The position numbers and the translations under genes are program-made. From an uncultured Bacteroidota bacterium (GTDB lineage Bacteria > Bacteroidota > Bacteroidia > UKL13-3): DNA of 64,000 nucleotides. The first letter of the stretch is position 1; every line of letters begins with the position of its first letter. The notes under the pieces are model-generated. The model saw nothing but the letters and a program-made list of their open reading frames with translations. It was not told the DNA's origin and did not search any database. Shown here in pieces: positions 10,135 to 19,685 of this stretch. The stretch is taken from contig CAIYNF010000012.1 in NCBI GenBank assembly GCA_903927505.1, forward strand, positions 8,941 through 72,940, in the 5' to 3' direction.

Positions 10135-10455
10135 TTATTCAAAACTTATCTCTTCCATCAAGCTCTTAAATTCTAAATACGTTTTATTTTCTTTTATTGG
10201 ATCTATAAGAGAAATTCCTCTTTCAAGGTATACTAATGCCTTAGCTTCTTGCCCAATTCTATAATTTAATAAGCCCAATTGGTAATAAGTTGAAATATTT
10301 TGAGGATCCGCTACTATACACCTCTCAAAAAAAAGCGCTGCCTCATCTAGCTGATTTACACCTAAATACTCCATTCCAAGCGCATATAAAACAAAGCTTT
10401 CTGCCGGATTTTCAGCATGCATTTCTAAGAGTTTTTCTAAACGTTGTGCCCGCAT
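10135..10455 (-). CDS. small tetratricopeptide-repeat protein
   Basis: 106 aa with TPR-like helices (YALGMEYLGVNQLDEAALFFERCI; YYQLGLLNYRIGQEAKALVYLERG). Confidence 0.7.
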   Translation of the reverse strand: MRAQRLEKLLEMHAENPAESFVLYALGMEYLGVNQLDEAALFFERCIVADPQNISTYYQLGLLNYRIGQEAKALVYLERGISLIDPIKENKTYLEFKSLMEEISFE

Positions 10456-10568
10456 TTCGCTTTCTTAATATTTCAGTTATTTTTGCCCTCTCAAATAAAC
10501 AAAAATTAAGCTTCATTCCCCCTATTTTTGAAGCGCATTTTTAATTTAAACAAATAAAATATCTGAAC

Positions 10569-11306
10569 ATGAAAGTTTTGGTTTGCATTAGTCAAGTGCC
10601 CGACACCACCACCAAAGTGGGCTTTACGGACAACAACACAAAGTTTAATACCCAAGGTGTACAATTTATCATTAACCCCTATGACGAATTAGCGCTTACA
10701 CGTGCGCTAGAAATTACCGAAAAACAAGGTGGAACGGTAACAGTTATTAATGTGGGTTTGGCTGAAACGGAACCAAGTATTAGAAAAGCTTTGGCTATTG
10801 GTGCCAACGATGCAGTGCGCATTAACGCTGAACCAATGGATGCATTTTTTGTTGCAGAACAAATTTCAAACTATGCCAAAAATGAAAATTTTGATTTGAT
10901 ACTTACCGGAAGGGAAAGTATTGATTACAATGGCGGAATGATGGCCGGCCTCCTAGGCGAAATGCTTCAATTGCCAAGTGTAAATGTTATTACAGCAATA
11001 GAAGTTGAAAATGGAATGGCCAAATTAGAGCGGGATATTGATGGTGGCAGAGAACGTTTAGAGGTTAAACTTCCAATGGTGGGTAGCGCTCAAAAAGAAT
11101 TAACTGAGCCTCGCATTCCAAATATGAGAGGCATTATGGCGGCTCGAACCAAACCTTTAACTGTTGTTGAGCCAATTGGAGCCCAAGCAAATACACAAAC
11201 TACTTCGTTTGAAAATCCGCCCGCAAAAGGTGCTTGTAAGCTGATTGACCCTGCTAATGCAGCAGATTTAATCGGACTATTACACAACGAAGCAAAAGTT
11301 ATTTAA
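10569..11306 (+). CDS. etfB: electron transfer flavoprotein subunit beta
   Basis: MKVLVCISQVPDTTTKV..INPYDELALTRALE, a typical EtfB N-terminus. Followed by etfA. Confidence 0.93.
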   Translation: MKVLVCISQVPDTTTKVGFTDNNTKFNTQGVQFIINPYDELALTRALEITEKQGGTVTVINVGLAETEPSIRKALAIGANDAVRINAEPMDAFFVAEQISNYAKNENFDLILTGRESIDYNGGMMAGLLGEMLQLPSVNVITAIEVENGMAKLERDIDGGRERLEVKLPMVGSAQKELTEPRIPNMRGIMAARTKPLTVVEPIGAQANTQTTSFENPPAKGACKLIDPANAADLIGLLHNEAKVI

Positions 11307-11327
11307 TCACCTCAAAAAATTACATTC

Positions 11328-12305
11328 ATGAAAATTATAGTATTCGCAGAAAACCAAGAAGGCCAATTTAAAAAATCGAGTTTAGAAGCTGTTTCCTATG
11401 CCGCACAAATTGCAGCTACCAACAATGGAAGTGTTATTGCTGTGTCTATTGGTCAGGTAAGCAACGACAAACTTGCAGAATTAAGTAAATATGGTGCCGA
11501 CCAAATTTTTAACTATTCGCAAGAGGTATTCAATACTTTTTATGGCGAAACCTATAGCAAAGCATTGGCACATGCTACCAAAAATGCAGGTGCAGAATTG
11601 GTAATTATTTCAAATACCTATAGCGGCAAAACCATAGCACCCCGAACTGCAGCACAATTAGGAGCAGGTATTGTAAGTGGTGTTACCTCTTTCCCAAATA
11701 CAACAAATGGATTTAATGTGCGCAGAACTGTTTTCTCTGGAAAAGCATTTGCAGATGTTGCCATCAATACTTCCATTAAAGTTTTGGCTATTACACCAAA
11801 TTCTTTTAGTCTAATTGAAAACCACAAAACTGCCAACATCGAGCAAATGGATGCAGGCATTTCTACTGATCATTTAGCATCCAAATCAATTGAAATTGCA
11901 CGCGCAAGCGGCAAAGTGGTGCTTACAGAAGCAGAACTTGTAGTGAGCGGTGGCAGAGGAATGAAAGGACCAGAAAATTGGCATTTGATAGAAAGCTTAG
12001 CAGATATTTTAGGTGCAGCAACAGCTTGCTCAAAACCAGTGAGTGATATTCATTGGCGCCCACATTCAGAACACGTGGGTCAAACCGGTATTACCATTAA
12101 GCCAAATTTGTACATTGCAATCGGCATCAGTGGCGCTATCCAACATTTAGCTGGCGTAAGCGCAAGTAAAGTTATTGTAGCAATTAATAAAGATCCAGAA
12201 GCTCCTTTCTTTAAGGCTGCAGACTATGGAATTGTTGGCGACGCGTTTGATGTTTTGCCAAAAATTATTGAAGCCGCAAAATCATTTAAATCACAACAAG
12301 CATAA
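11328..12305 (+). CDS. etfA: electron transfer flavoprotein subunit alpha
   Basis: C-terminal FAD-binding pattern VVSGGRGMKGPENW..VGQTG..PNLYIAIGISGAIQHLAG. Confidence 0.93.
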   Translation: MKIIVFAENQEGQFKKSSLEAVSYAAQIAATNNGSVIAVSIGQVSNDKLAELSKYGADQIFNYSQEVFNTFYGETYSKALAHATKNAGAELVIISNTYSGKTIAPRTAAQLGAGIVSGVTSFPNTTNGFNVRRTVFSGKAFADVAINTSIKVLAITPNSFSLIENHKTANIEQMDAGISTDHLASKSIEIARASGKVVLTEAELVVSGGRGMKGPENWHLIESLADILGAATACSKPVSDIHWRPHSEHVGQTGITIKPNLYIAIGISGAIQHLAGVSASKVIVAINKDPEAPFFKAADYGIVGDAFDVLPKIIEAAKSFKSQQA

Positions 12306-12321
12306 CATTTCTTCGCTATTT

Positions 12322-12361
12322 GAAACAAACTTCTAAAGCAATTTAGAAGTTTGTTTTTTTT
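12322..12361 (+). terminator. rho-independent terminator after etfA
   Basis: Perfect 15-bp stem AAACAAACTTCTAAA / TTTAGAAGTTTGTTT with loop GCAA, running into a T-run. Confidence 0.85.
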
Positions 12362-12403
12362 ATTAGCAGCTAATTTGCTTAATTCGTTAAGGTAATAAAT
12401 TGC

Positions 12404-12991
12404 ATGAGCAGGGTAAAATTAAATATTGTTGGATTAAGTACTGGACAAACCAGCGGTTCATACACGCTTATTTTAGGACAGGAAAATTCCAATCGTAAAT
12501 TGCCAATTGTTATTGGAAGCTTTGAAGCGCAAGCTATCGCAATTGAAATTGAAAAAATTATTCCATTTAGACCAATGACCCATGATTTGTTTGTTAATTT
12601 CTGCAAATCATTTGATATCACTATTCATGAAATTGTAATTTATAGTTTAAATGAAGGCGTATTTCATGCCAAAATGATTTGTGAAAACAATGGTGAAATT
12701 CGCGAAATTGATGCCCGCACAAGCGATTCTATTGCGCTTGCTGTTAGATTCAAATGCCCTATCTATACCTATGAAGAAATCATGGATTCTGCCTCGGTAG
12801 TTTTCAATGAGGATATCAATGAAGCCTTAGAAGAGCCTGCTTCTCCAAAGGAAAAACCAAAAGAAGAGGGAAAAGAATATACCCGCATGACCTTAGAACA
12901 ATTGCAAGCATTACTCAACAATGCAATTGGTTTAGAAGATTACGGAACTGCCGCTCGAATTCGAGATGAAATTCAAAGAAGAGAAAAATAA
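12404..12991 (+). CDS. bifunctional nuclease family protein (DUF151 core + C-terminal UVR motif)
   Basis: LPIVIGSFEAQAIAIE..RPMTHDL core, with C-terminal LEDYGTAARIRDEIQRRE. Confidence 0.85.
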   Translation: MSRVKLNIVGLSTGQTSGSYTLILGQENSNRKLPIVIGSFEAQAIAIEIEKIIPFRPMTHDLFVNFCKSFDITIHEIVIYSLNEGVFHAKMICENNGEIREIDARTSDSIALAVRFKCPIYTYEEIMDSASVVFNEDINEALEEPASPKEKPKEEGKEYTRMTLEQLQALLNNAIGLEDYGTAARIRDEIQRREK

Positions 12992-12993
12992 AC

Positions 12994-14277
12994 ATGGAAA
13001 AATTTACTGGACTTATTGGAATTATGCTAATTTTAGGCATTGCCTACTTGTTATCCAACAATAAAAAAGCAATCAATTATCGTCTGGTATTTAGCGGCCT
13101 TGGCATTCAATTAGCGCTGGCATTGTTTATACTTAAAACACAAATTGGTTCGAACCTATTTGCCTATGTTGGCGCTAAAATTGAAGGGCTCTTGAAATTG
13201 GCAGATAAAGGTGGCGAATTTGTTTTTGGGGGCTTAATTAAACCAGATTTATTGAAACCAATTTTTGGCGACCAATACAGCTTCTTATTTATGTTTAAAA
13301 TTATGCCAACCATCATATTTGTGGCGGTTTTGGTAAGCATGGCCTACCATATAGGTATTATGCAAATTATAGTTTCATTCCTTGCTAAATTAGTACATAA
13401 ATTAATGCGTGTAAGTGGCAGTGAAGCACTCTCAAATGTTGCCAGCACTTTTGTTGGGCAAGTAGAAGCACAAATTATGATTAAGCCATACATTTCAACC
13501 ATGACCATGAGCGAGCTTTTGGCAAGTATGAGTGGCAGTATGGCAACCATTGCGGGTGGTGTAATGGCAGTATATATTTCAATGGGCGTTCCTGCCCCCT
13601 ATCTCTTAGCTGCCAGTATTATGGCAGCTCCTGGCGCTTTAGTAATTTCTAAAATTGTTTGGCCAGAAACAGAAGAATCACCAACCAAAGGTGCCATCAA
13701 ATTAGAAGTTAAGAAAACCCATGCCAATTTATTAGATGCTATCTCTCACGGCGCTTCAGACGGCTTAAAAATAGCCCTCAATGTAATTGCAATGCTTATT
13801 GGATTTATAGCACTGATTGCATTGGCAGATGTAGTTTTGGTTAAATTAAGTCAATTCCCAGATATGATTTTAGGATGGATGGGAAGTAGCACTGCGCTTA
13901 ATATCCCAGCCATTACTTTGGATAAAATTTTCGGTTCTATATTTTCTGTTTTTGCCTGGACAATGGGCGTGCCTTCTCAAGACACCGAAATTGTTGGTTC
14001 GTTAATGGGAACTAAAATGGTAATCAACGAATTTGTGGCTTACTCAAAATTATCCCCAATGATTGCGGCACATCAGTTAGATCCTAAATCAATTATTATA
14101 GCCAGTTTTGCCTTGTGCGGTTTTGCAAATTTTAGTTCAATTGCCATTCAGGTAGGTGGTATTGGAGAATTAGCGCCTAGTAGGCGTGCAGACCTTGCCA
14201 AACTTGGCTTTAAAGCCCTAATCTGTGGAACGCTAGCCTCCTATATGGGTGCTGCTTTGGCAGGAATAATGATGTAA
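12994..14277 (+). CDS. NupC/NupG-family concentrative nucleoside transporter
   Basis: 427-aa polytopic membrane protein. Motifs GGEFVFGG and FALCGFANFSSIAIQVGG. Confidence 0.88.
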   Translation: MEKFTGLIGIMLILGIAYLLSNNKKAINYRLVFSGLGIQLALALFILKTQIGSNLFAYVGAKIEGLLKLADKGGEFVFGGLIKPDLLKPIFGDQYSFLFMFKIMPTIIFVAVLVSMAYHIGIMQIIVSFLAKLVHKLMRVSGSEALSNVASTFVGQVEAQIMIKPYISTMTMSELLASMSGSMATIAGGVMAVYISMGVPAPYLLAASIMAAPGALVISKIVWPETEESPTKGAIKLEVKKTHANLLDAISHGASDGLKIALNVIAMLIGFIALIALADVVLVKLSQFPDMILGWMGSSTALNIPAITLDKIFGSIFSVFAWTMGVPSQDTEIVGSLMGTKMVINEFVAYSKLSPMIAAHQLDPKSIIIASFALCGFANFSSIAIQVGGIGELAPSRRADLAKLGFKALICGTLASYMGAALAGIMM

Positions 14278-14278
14278 A

Positions 14279-14716
14279 TTAAATTATAGGAAATTCTGCT
14301 GTAGAAATATAAATCCCTTCTTCATTTAATTGAAACAAAAGGTGACTTAAGCCATTTGAAACAAACAAAAATGGAACCTTAAAAACCATGTTATAAGTGG
14401 CTATTTGAAATAATGTTTCGCTGCTTAGTTTCACTTCTGGCGCCTTACATTCTACCAACATTTCAGGCTCCCCTTTTTTATTGAAAAGTAAAACATCAAA
14501 ACGTTTTTTGAGTTGGTTGAATTTTATTTCTCGCTCAACGGCAATGAGGCTAATTGGGTAATTTTGCGTTTCACAAAAAAACGCTATTACATGCTGCCTC
14601 ACCCATTCTTCAGGTGTTAACACCACTTCTTTTTTGCGAATTGGGTCGTAAATAAATTCTCTGGCATCTACCCTACTCAGGCGAAAAGAATAATCAGGAA
14701 AATTAAGAGGACCCAT
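14279..14716 (-). CDS. stand-alone HsdR N-terminal-like (PD-(D/E)xK fold) domain protein
   Basis: 145 aa with EEWVRQHV..FDVLLFNKKGEPEMLVECKAPEVKL (D..E-x-K core). Confidence 0.7.
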   Translation of the reverse strand: MGPLNFPDYSFRLSRVDAREFIYDPIRKKEVVLTPEEWVRQHVIAFFCETQNYPISLIAVEREIKFNQLKKRFDVLLFNKKGEPEMLVECKAPEVKLSSETLFQIATYNMVFKVPFLFVSNGLSHLLFQLNEEGIYISTAEFPII

Positions 14717-14722
14717 CCTAAA

Positions 14723-16834
14723 TTACTTTACGATGGCAAAAGAACCACTTTGTATTTCGCCACTTTTGGTATCCTTCACAGTAAACAAATAAACCCCTGT
14801 GCTCAATTGCGTTTTAGAATCACTCAAAACATCCCAAGCATGCTCCCCACCGCTCATGGTTGTTTTCTCAATATTGCCATAATTATTACTCCAACCAATC
14901 CCTTCACCTTTATAGGTTTCACTGTTATGTGGAATGGTGGCAATTAAATCGCCGCTATTGGTGTAAATATGAATTTCACATTTACTAGGTAAATTATAAA
15001 AATACAATTTTTTAGCACGTGAACTTGTGCCATCCCAAGCAGCTGAAGTATTATAAGGGTTTGGATACACTGCCACCTTCTTTACATTTTCTCCTGTAAA
15101 ATCATTTGGCTTGGTTCCAGCAAATGCCCTAATTTCATTTTCTGTAAAGGACGATTCTAAAGAAGGAATTCCTAATGCTTTTTCACCCTTATCAAATGCG
15201 GTAACAACCACCAAATATTGCCAACCATTAGAAATATTTTCCATGGTGTATTTGTAATAAAATTTAGTAGTATCACCCTCAAAAACCAATGGCTTGTCTA
15301 ATTTAATAAAATCAAATCCATTGTTGTTGCCAATTGCATTTCCAATAGAATCCCATTGCCCAATTAAATTGGCATCATCAATTAAATTAAGCGCCAAATC
15401 ATCACCCGCATTGCTTCTATAAATTCGGTATCCTTCAAAATCACGGCTACGAGTAATTGGATCAACAGAATACTCCGATTGGTTATTCCAATATACTTCA
15501 ATTTTGCCTTCGCTTGTAACCACCTTTGTTTTAGGCGATTGTGGCGGTTCAGGTAAAATATAACGATCTAGTTTCCCGTTTTGATTTAAGTCTAATTCTG
15601 CCGCGTATCTGCCATCTTCATTTACATCTTCACCCACATAGGTTGCACGGGCACGTTTTAAATTATCACTCAATTCTTTTTGAGAATCTTGGGTGGTAAT
15701 TATGCTGCTACTTGCAGGCGGCAGATAAGAAATTGGCTCCTTTTGTTTGGCGCAAACAAATGCAAAAGTAAAATTAAATTTTTCACCAGGATTTACATTT
15801 ACAATTGGACCAGCAGAAATTAACTGCAACCAATTTGCAGGTACACCATTAATTGGACCATCACCCCCATATAAAGTAGCAGAATCAATTGGATTACTTA
15901 ATTTCAAGTAGCGCTCTTGGTCGTTACTAGGCGTATTCCAAGGAGTAGCAACCGAATTAAAATTCCAGAAATTATAATTAACCTTTGGCGTTGGATATCC
16001 CAACGACAAAAAAGTATCAGGTTTGTTTGGGTTAAAAAACATACCGCGCCAATCAATTCCCAAAAATTGAACGCCCCCGTATGATTTAGTAAAATCTATA
16101 TCATCCCCATAACTTTCATATGCAAACAATGTAAAATATTTTGGGTCGATCCCATTTCTGCCTTTATTAAAAAATGCTGTTCCGGCATCTCTTGTTACAT
16201 TAACGTTTCTAACAACTAAATCACTGAAATTGCCAAGAAAAACTGAATCCCAACGATTTGTTGAAGCATTGGTAATTTCATAATTACAAATCACAAAAAA
16301 ATCTGCGAAAGGGTAATTCCAGGCATAAGTTTCTAATTTGATAACAGCGCCCAAAGGATTTTGATGACCACTAATTGGAATAGATGTTCCAGGAATTACC
16401 ACAAAACTATCTGTTTGTCCCATTATAAAATCTTGGTGCGAAATAGCCGAAGACGAATAACTGCTGCTACTTGGCAATTTTGAACGCTCCTTAATACTTG
16501 TTAAAGGAGAGAACTCAAATCCATTTCCACCAGTGCTGTAACCAGAACTGGCATCTACAGAACTTGTACTCACACGAATTTGCCCATCTACCATAGCTCC
16601 TATCCATAAGCCAGATTCAAACAAATGCTCTACGCCGCTGCCACGAGGGAAAGCCATAGATGGCGGACCCTGGGTATTGCTTCTTACAGTTGGCCTGCCA
16701 TAGGTCCCATAATTATTAATACTTAAACCTATTCTACCAACATTGGTATAACGGCTTTGCGCAGGTACTTGGGCTTGGGTCGAACCAACACCGAATAGCA
16801 GTAAAGAAAACAGTAATGTTATTAAACTTTTCAT
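14723..16834 (-). CDS. secreted protein of unknown function with FN3-like segment and T9SS/FlgD-like C-terminal beta-sandwich
   Basis: Signal peptide MKSLITLLFSLLLFGVGSTQAQ; the track start at 16846 is TTG and the ATG is at 16834. Contains DVNEDGRYAAELDLNQNGKLD (Ca-binding-like) and EGYRIYRS. C-terminus is VYPNPYN..GVYLFTVKD..SFAIVK. Confidence 0.7.
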   Translation of the reverse strand: MKSLITLLFSLLLFGVGSTQAQVPAQSRYTNVGRIGLSINNYGTYGRPTVRSNTQGPPSMAFPRGSGVEHLFESGLWIGAMVDGQIRVSTSSVDASSGYSTGGNGFEFSPLTSIKERSKLPSSSSYSSSAISHQDFIMGQTDSFVVIPGTSIPISGHQNPLGAVIKLETYAWNYPFADFFVICNYEITNASTNRWDSVFLGNFSDLVVRNVNVTRDAGTAFFNKGRNGIDPKYFTLFAYESYGDDIDFTKSYGGVQFLGIDWRGMFFNPNKPDTFLSLGYPTPKVNYNFWNFNSVATPWNTPSNDQERYLKLSNPIDSATLYGGDGPINGVPANWLQLISAGPIVNVNPGEKFNFTFAFVCAKQKEPISYLPPASSSIITTQDSQKELSDNLKRARATYVGEDVNEDGRYAAELDLNQNGKLDRYILPEPPQSPKTKVVTSEGKIEVYWNNQSEYSVDPITRSRDFEGYRIYRSNAGDDLALNLIDDANLIGQWDSIGNAIGNNNGFDFIKLDKPLVFEGDTTKFYYKYTMENISNGWQYLVVVTAFDKGEKALGIPSLESSFTENEIRAFAGTKPNDFTGENVKKVAVYPNPYNTSAAWDGTSSRAKKLYFYNLPSKCEIHIYTNSGDLIATIPHNSETYKGEGIGWSNNYGNIEKTTMSGGEHAWDVLSDSKTQLSTGVYLFTVKDTKSGEIQSGSFAIVK

Positions 16835-17019
16835 CTCTAATTGCAAATATGAACTTTTAAGGCTAAAACCCTATAAATTTTATGTGAATTTTATTGGTTT
16901 AGAGCTATTTTCTATATCCTCAGTTATCATTCTGTTAATTCAAAGTATTTGATAGTAACTTTTCAAAAAAAAGCTATTTTTGATGGCTTTAAAATTCGCA
17001 ACTAAATCAAACAAAATAT

Positions 17020-19473
17020 ATGAAAAAAATCCTACTCAGCTTATGCATTGTAATGCTTGCTTTGTTAGCTCAGGCGCAAAACCCGTATCCAATTATCCCG
17101 ATCGACACTGTTCAATTTGTAAACAATAGCAAATTAGTAGTTAGCCTTCCAAACGATTCTTGTGATTATGTTAACCCTTATTTTAAGAACTCAACGTACC
17201 GCGATACTGTTAGGTTTGAAGGAATTGTATTGTTCGACCCTAGATTATATGGTTTAAGTGTGAGTAGAAAAGCAACTGTATTATCTGCTGACACCTTTGG
17301 TAAACCATGGGGTGGTGTTGAAATTATGTGTGAACCGGTTGGTTCAGGCAGAACACTTCCACAATTAATAAATGACAACAAGTTTTATGACAATTTAAAG
17401 CCCGGAACTAGAGTTAGGGTTACTGGTGTAATTAGAACCTTCAGGGGTACAGCACCTGCAGGTACTCGCCAAGGTCAAAGTCAGGTTAACATGTTAAAAG
17501 CGGATGTTAATTGGGATAATGGTGTTGAAATTTTAGACCTTGAACCAAAAGCGGTAAAAGCTACTCCAATAAAAATAGACTCATTAATGAGCGGTAATGC
17601 TGGAGTTGGACAAGTTCAAAACAAAGTTAGCGGTGAGAAATGGGAAGGCGCTTATGTTGAAATCAACAATGTTACAGTTTTAACGCGTACTGCAAGTGGC
17701 AGTCGTTGGTTCTGGAGCGTTGCAGACGACAATGGCAATGCAATTGATATTGGAGATTTTTCTGGATGGTATAGAAATGATGCATTAACAGACAGCGTAT
17801 TGCCTGCTGGTCGTTTTACCCCTCCAGCAATTGGTACTAGAATCTCATTTATAAAAGGTGTTATTGTTGAATCTGCAATAGGTGGACAATATCGTTTTAC
17901 AATGAACCCTTTATTACCAAGCGATTTGGGTCCTGTAAGTTACACCCCTCCAAGCATTGTTTCTCGTCAAAGAACACCAGTTGTTGCTACCTCAAATGAT
18001 TCAGTAGGTGTTTTGGTTAAAGTTCAACAAGGTTCTGCAAAAGTTGCAAACGTAAAAATATTTTACACTTTAGGTTATGCAAATACTGTTTTCGATTCAG
18101 TTTCTTTAACGCGCAACCAAGCACCTAATGATACCACACTTTGGTATGGTTTCATTCCTAAAAAAGCAGATGGTTCTATTGTTAAATATTTTGTACGCCC
18201 TACAGATTTGAATGGCTTTTATACAAGTTCACCAGATGCTTTTGGAACATTAAACGCTTATAAAGTAACAGATGCGGGTGTGAAAAGTATTCAAGATTTA
18301 CAATTTAGCCCTTACCCTAACAACCAAACTATTTGGCATAACGACAGTTTATCTGGTGTAGATATTAGAGGTATTGTTACTGCAACTGCAATGACCCAAG
18401 GAACTACCAATATTGTTACCGTACAAAACGGAACAGGATTAAACAGTGCTATTATTATTAATCGCTCAACTGGTGATGCTACTACAACATGGAAAGTTGG
18501 TGATTCAGTTTCTTTAACTGCTTTTAAAGTAGTTGAAACTTTTGGAAACACTTGTTTAAACAATGTTGCTGGAACAAAAATTAGCAGTGGAAACGCATTA
18601 CCTGCCTTTACTTCTATAAACATCGATACGGTTGCGACTATTTCAGCTAGTGCAGCGCGTCGCCCAGAATTATGCGGTTACGAAGGCATGTTAATGAAAT
18701 ACGATAGCGTTTATGTTGTAAATGTAAATGCAGATGCTCCTTCAAACTTTGGAGAGTTTGTGGTAAATACCAACAATACAAAAACCACTGGTTTACGTGT
18801 TGATGATATCAGCACCAAATTGCCTGACAACTTCAACAACAATTTAGTTGCTGGTCAATTAATGAAAAAAGCACAAGGTATCTTCATCTTATCTTTTAGC
18901 AATTGGAAACTTGAGCCAAGAGATAGCAACGATTTAGATTTCTCTGGTGCACCTGATACTGAAAAACCAGTAATTACCTTAACAGGTAAAAACCCAGATT
19001 CATTAAAAATCAACACTACCTACGTAGAGCCTGGTTTTAGTGCTAATGATAACAAAGACGGTAACATCACTGCAAACGTTGTAAGAACAAGTGGCATTGA
19101 CAATACAAAAGTGGGTACTTATTTAGTTACTTATAAAGTAAGTGACTTAGCTGGAAACAAAGATTCTGTAACGCGTACAGTTATTGTATACAGCCCAGTT
19201 GGCATGAATGAAAATGATTTAACTTTTGCTTTAACCAATGTTTATCCAAATCCTGCTAAGGATCAATTAAACTTAAGTGTAAGCGGAATTAATACATTGC
19301 CATTAACAGCTAGCTTAGTTGATATGAGCGGCAGGGTATTGAATTCGAAAACATTTAATACCAACCAAATTAACTATTCATTTGATACACGTGACTTACA
19401 AAACGGCATATACTTCTGCAATTTGCAAAGTGCCAATGGTTCTAAAACCATCAAATTTGTGATCAACAAATAA
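17020..19473 (+). CDS. secreted T9SS cargo protein with repeated OB-like modules and an Ig-like (DUF5011/HYR-like) domain
   Basis: Signal peptide MKKILLSLCIVMLALLAQAQ. Ig-like DTEKPVITLTG..GFSANDNKDGNIT..VGTYLVTYKVSDLAGN. C-terminal sorting domain VYPNPAKDQLNLSV..GIYFCNL..KFVINK. Confidence 0.8.
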   Translation: MKKILLSLCIVMLALLAQAQNPYPIIPIDTVQFVNNSKLVVSLPNDSCDYVNPYFKNSTYRDTVRFEGIVLFDPRLYGLSVSRKATVLSADTFGKPWGGVEIMCEPVGSGRTLPQLINDNKFYDNLKPGTRVRVTGVIRTFRGTAPAGTRQGQSQVNMLKADVNWDNGVEILDLEPKAVKATPIKIDSLMSGNAGVGQVQNKVSGEKWEGAYVEINNVTVLTRTASGSRWFWSVADDNGNAIDIGDFSGWYRNDALTDSVLPAGRFTPPAIGTRISFIKGVIVESAIGGQYRFTMNPLLPSDLGPVSYTPPSIVSRQRTPVVATSNDSVGVLVKVQQGSAKVANVKIFYTLGYANTVFDSVSLTRNQAPNDTTLWYGFIPKKADGSIVKYFVRPTDLNGFYTSSPDAFGTLNAYKVTDAGVKSIQDLQFSPYPNNQTIWHNDSLSGVDIRGIVTATAMTQGTTNIVTVQNGTGLNSAIIINRSTGDATTTWKVGDSVSLTAFKVVETFGNTCLNNVAGTKISSGNALPAFTSINIDTVATISASAARRPELCGYEGMLMKYDSVYVVNVNADAPSNFGEFVVNTNNTKTTGLRVDDISTKLPDNFNNNLVAGQLMKKAQGIFILSFSNWKLEPRDSNDLDFSGAPDTEKPVITLTGKNPDSLKINTTYVEPGFSANDNKDGNITANVVRTSGIDNTKVGTYLVTYKVSDLAGNKDSVTRTVIVYSPVGMNENDLTFALTNVYPNPAKDQLNLSVSGINTLPLTASLVDMSGRVLNSKTFNTNQINYSFDTRDLQNGIYFCNLQSANGSKTIKFVINK

Positions 19474-19492
19474 GGCTTCATTTACCTTTTAT

Positions 19493-19529
19493 AAAAAAGC
19501 CCAAGCTGCCTGCAGCTTGGGCTTTTTTT
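19493..19529. terminator. bidirectional rho-independent terminator
   Basis: Stem GCCCAAGCTG / CAGCTTGGGC (19499-19522), flanked by A6 and T7 runs. Confidence 0.85.
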
Positions 19530-19685
19530 ATGAGCCGATTTTAAACGATTACTTCCGTTTACTATCCGACTAACAATTTAATATGCCTCATTTTTGAAGT
19601 GCTTTTAAACGCATAAAAAAGAAAGCGTCTTAAAGCAAGCCTGGCCGGGCAAAACTATTATTCATTATTAATTAAATTAAAAAAA

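Noticed and set aside
13145-13160. Identical 16-mer AATTGGTTCGAACCTA in nupC (13145-13160) and, on the other strand, at 30867-30882, considered as evidence of a mobile mini-element
   Set aside because: A single repeated 16-mer in 64 kb is within birthday-type chance, and there are no flanking repeats. It is kept only as supporting context for the decamer-palindrome finding.
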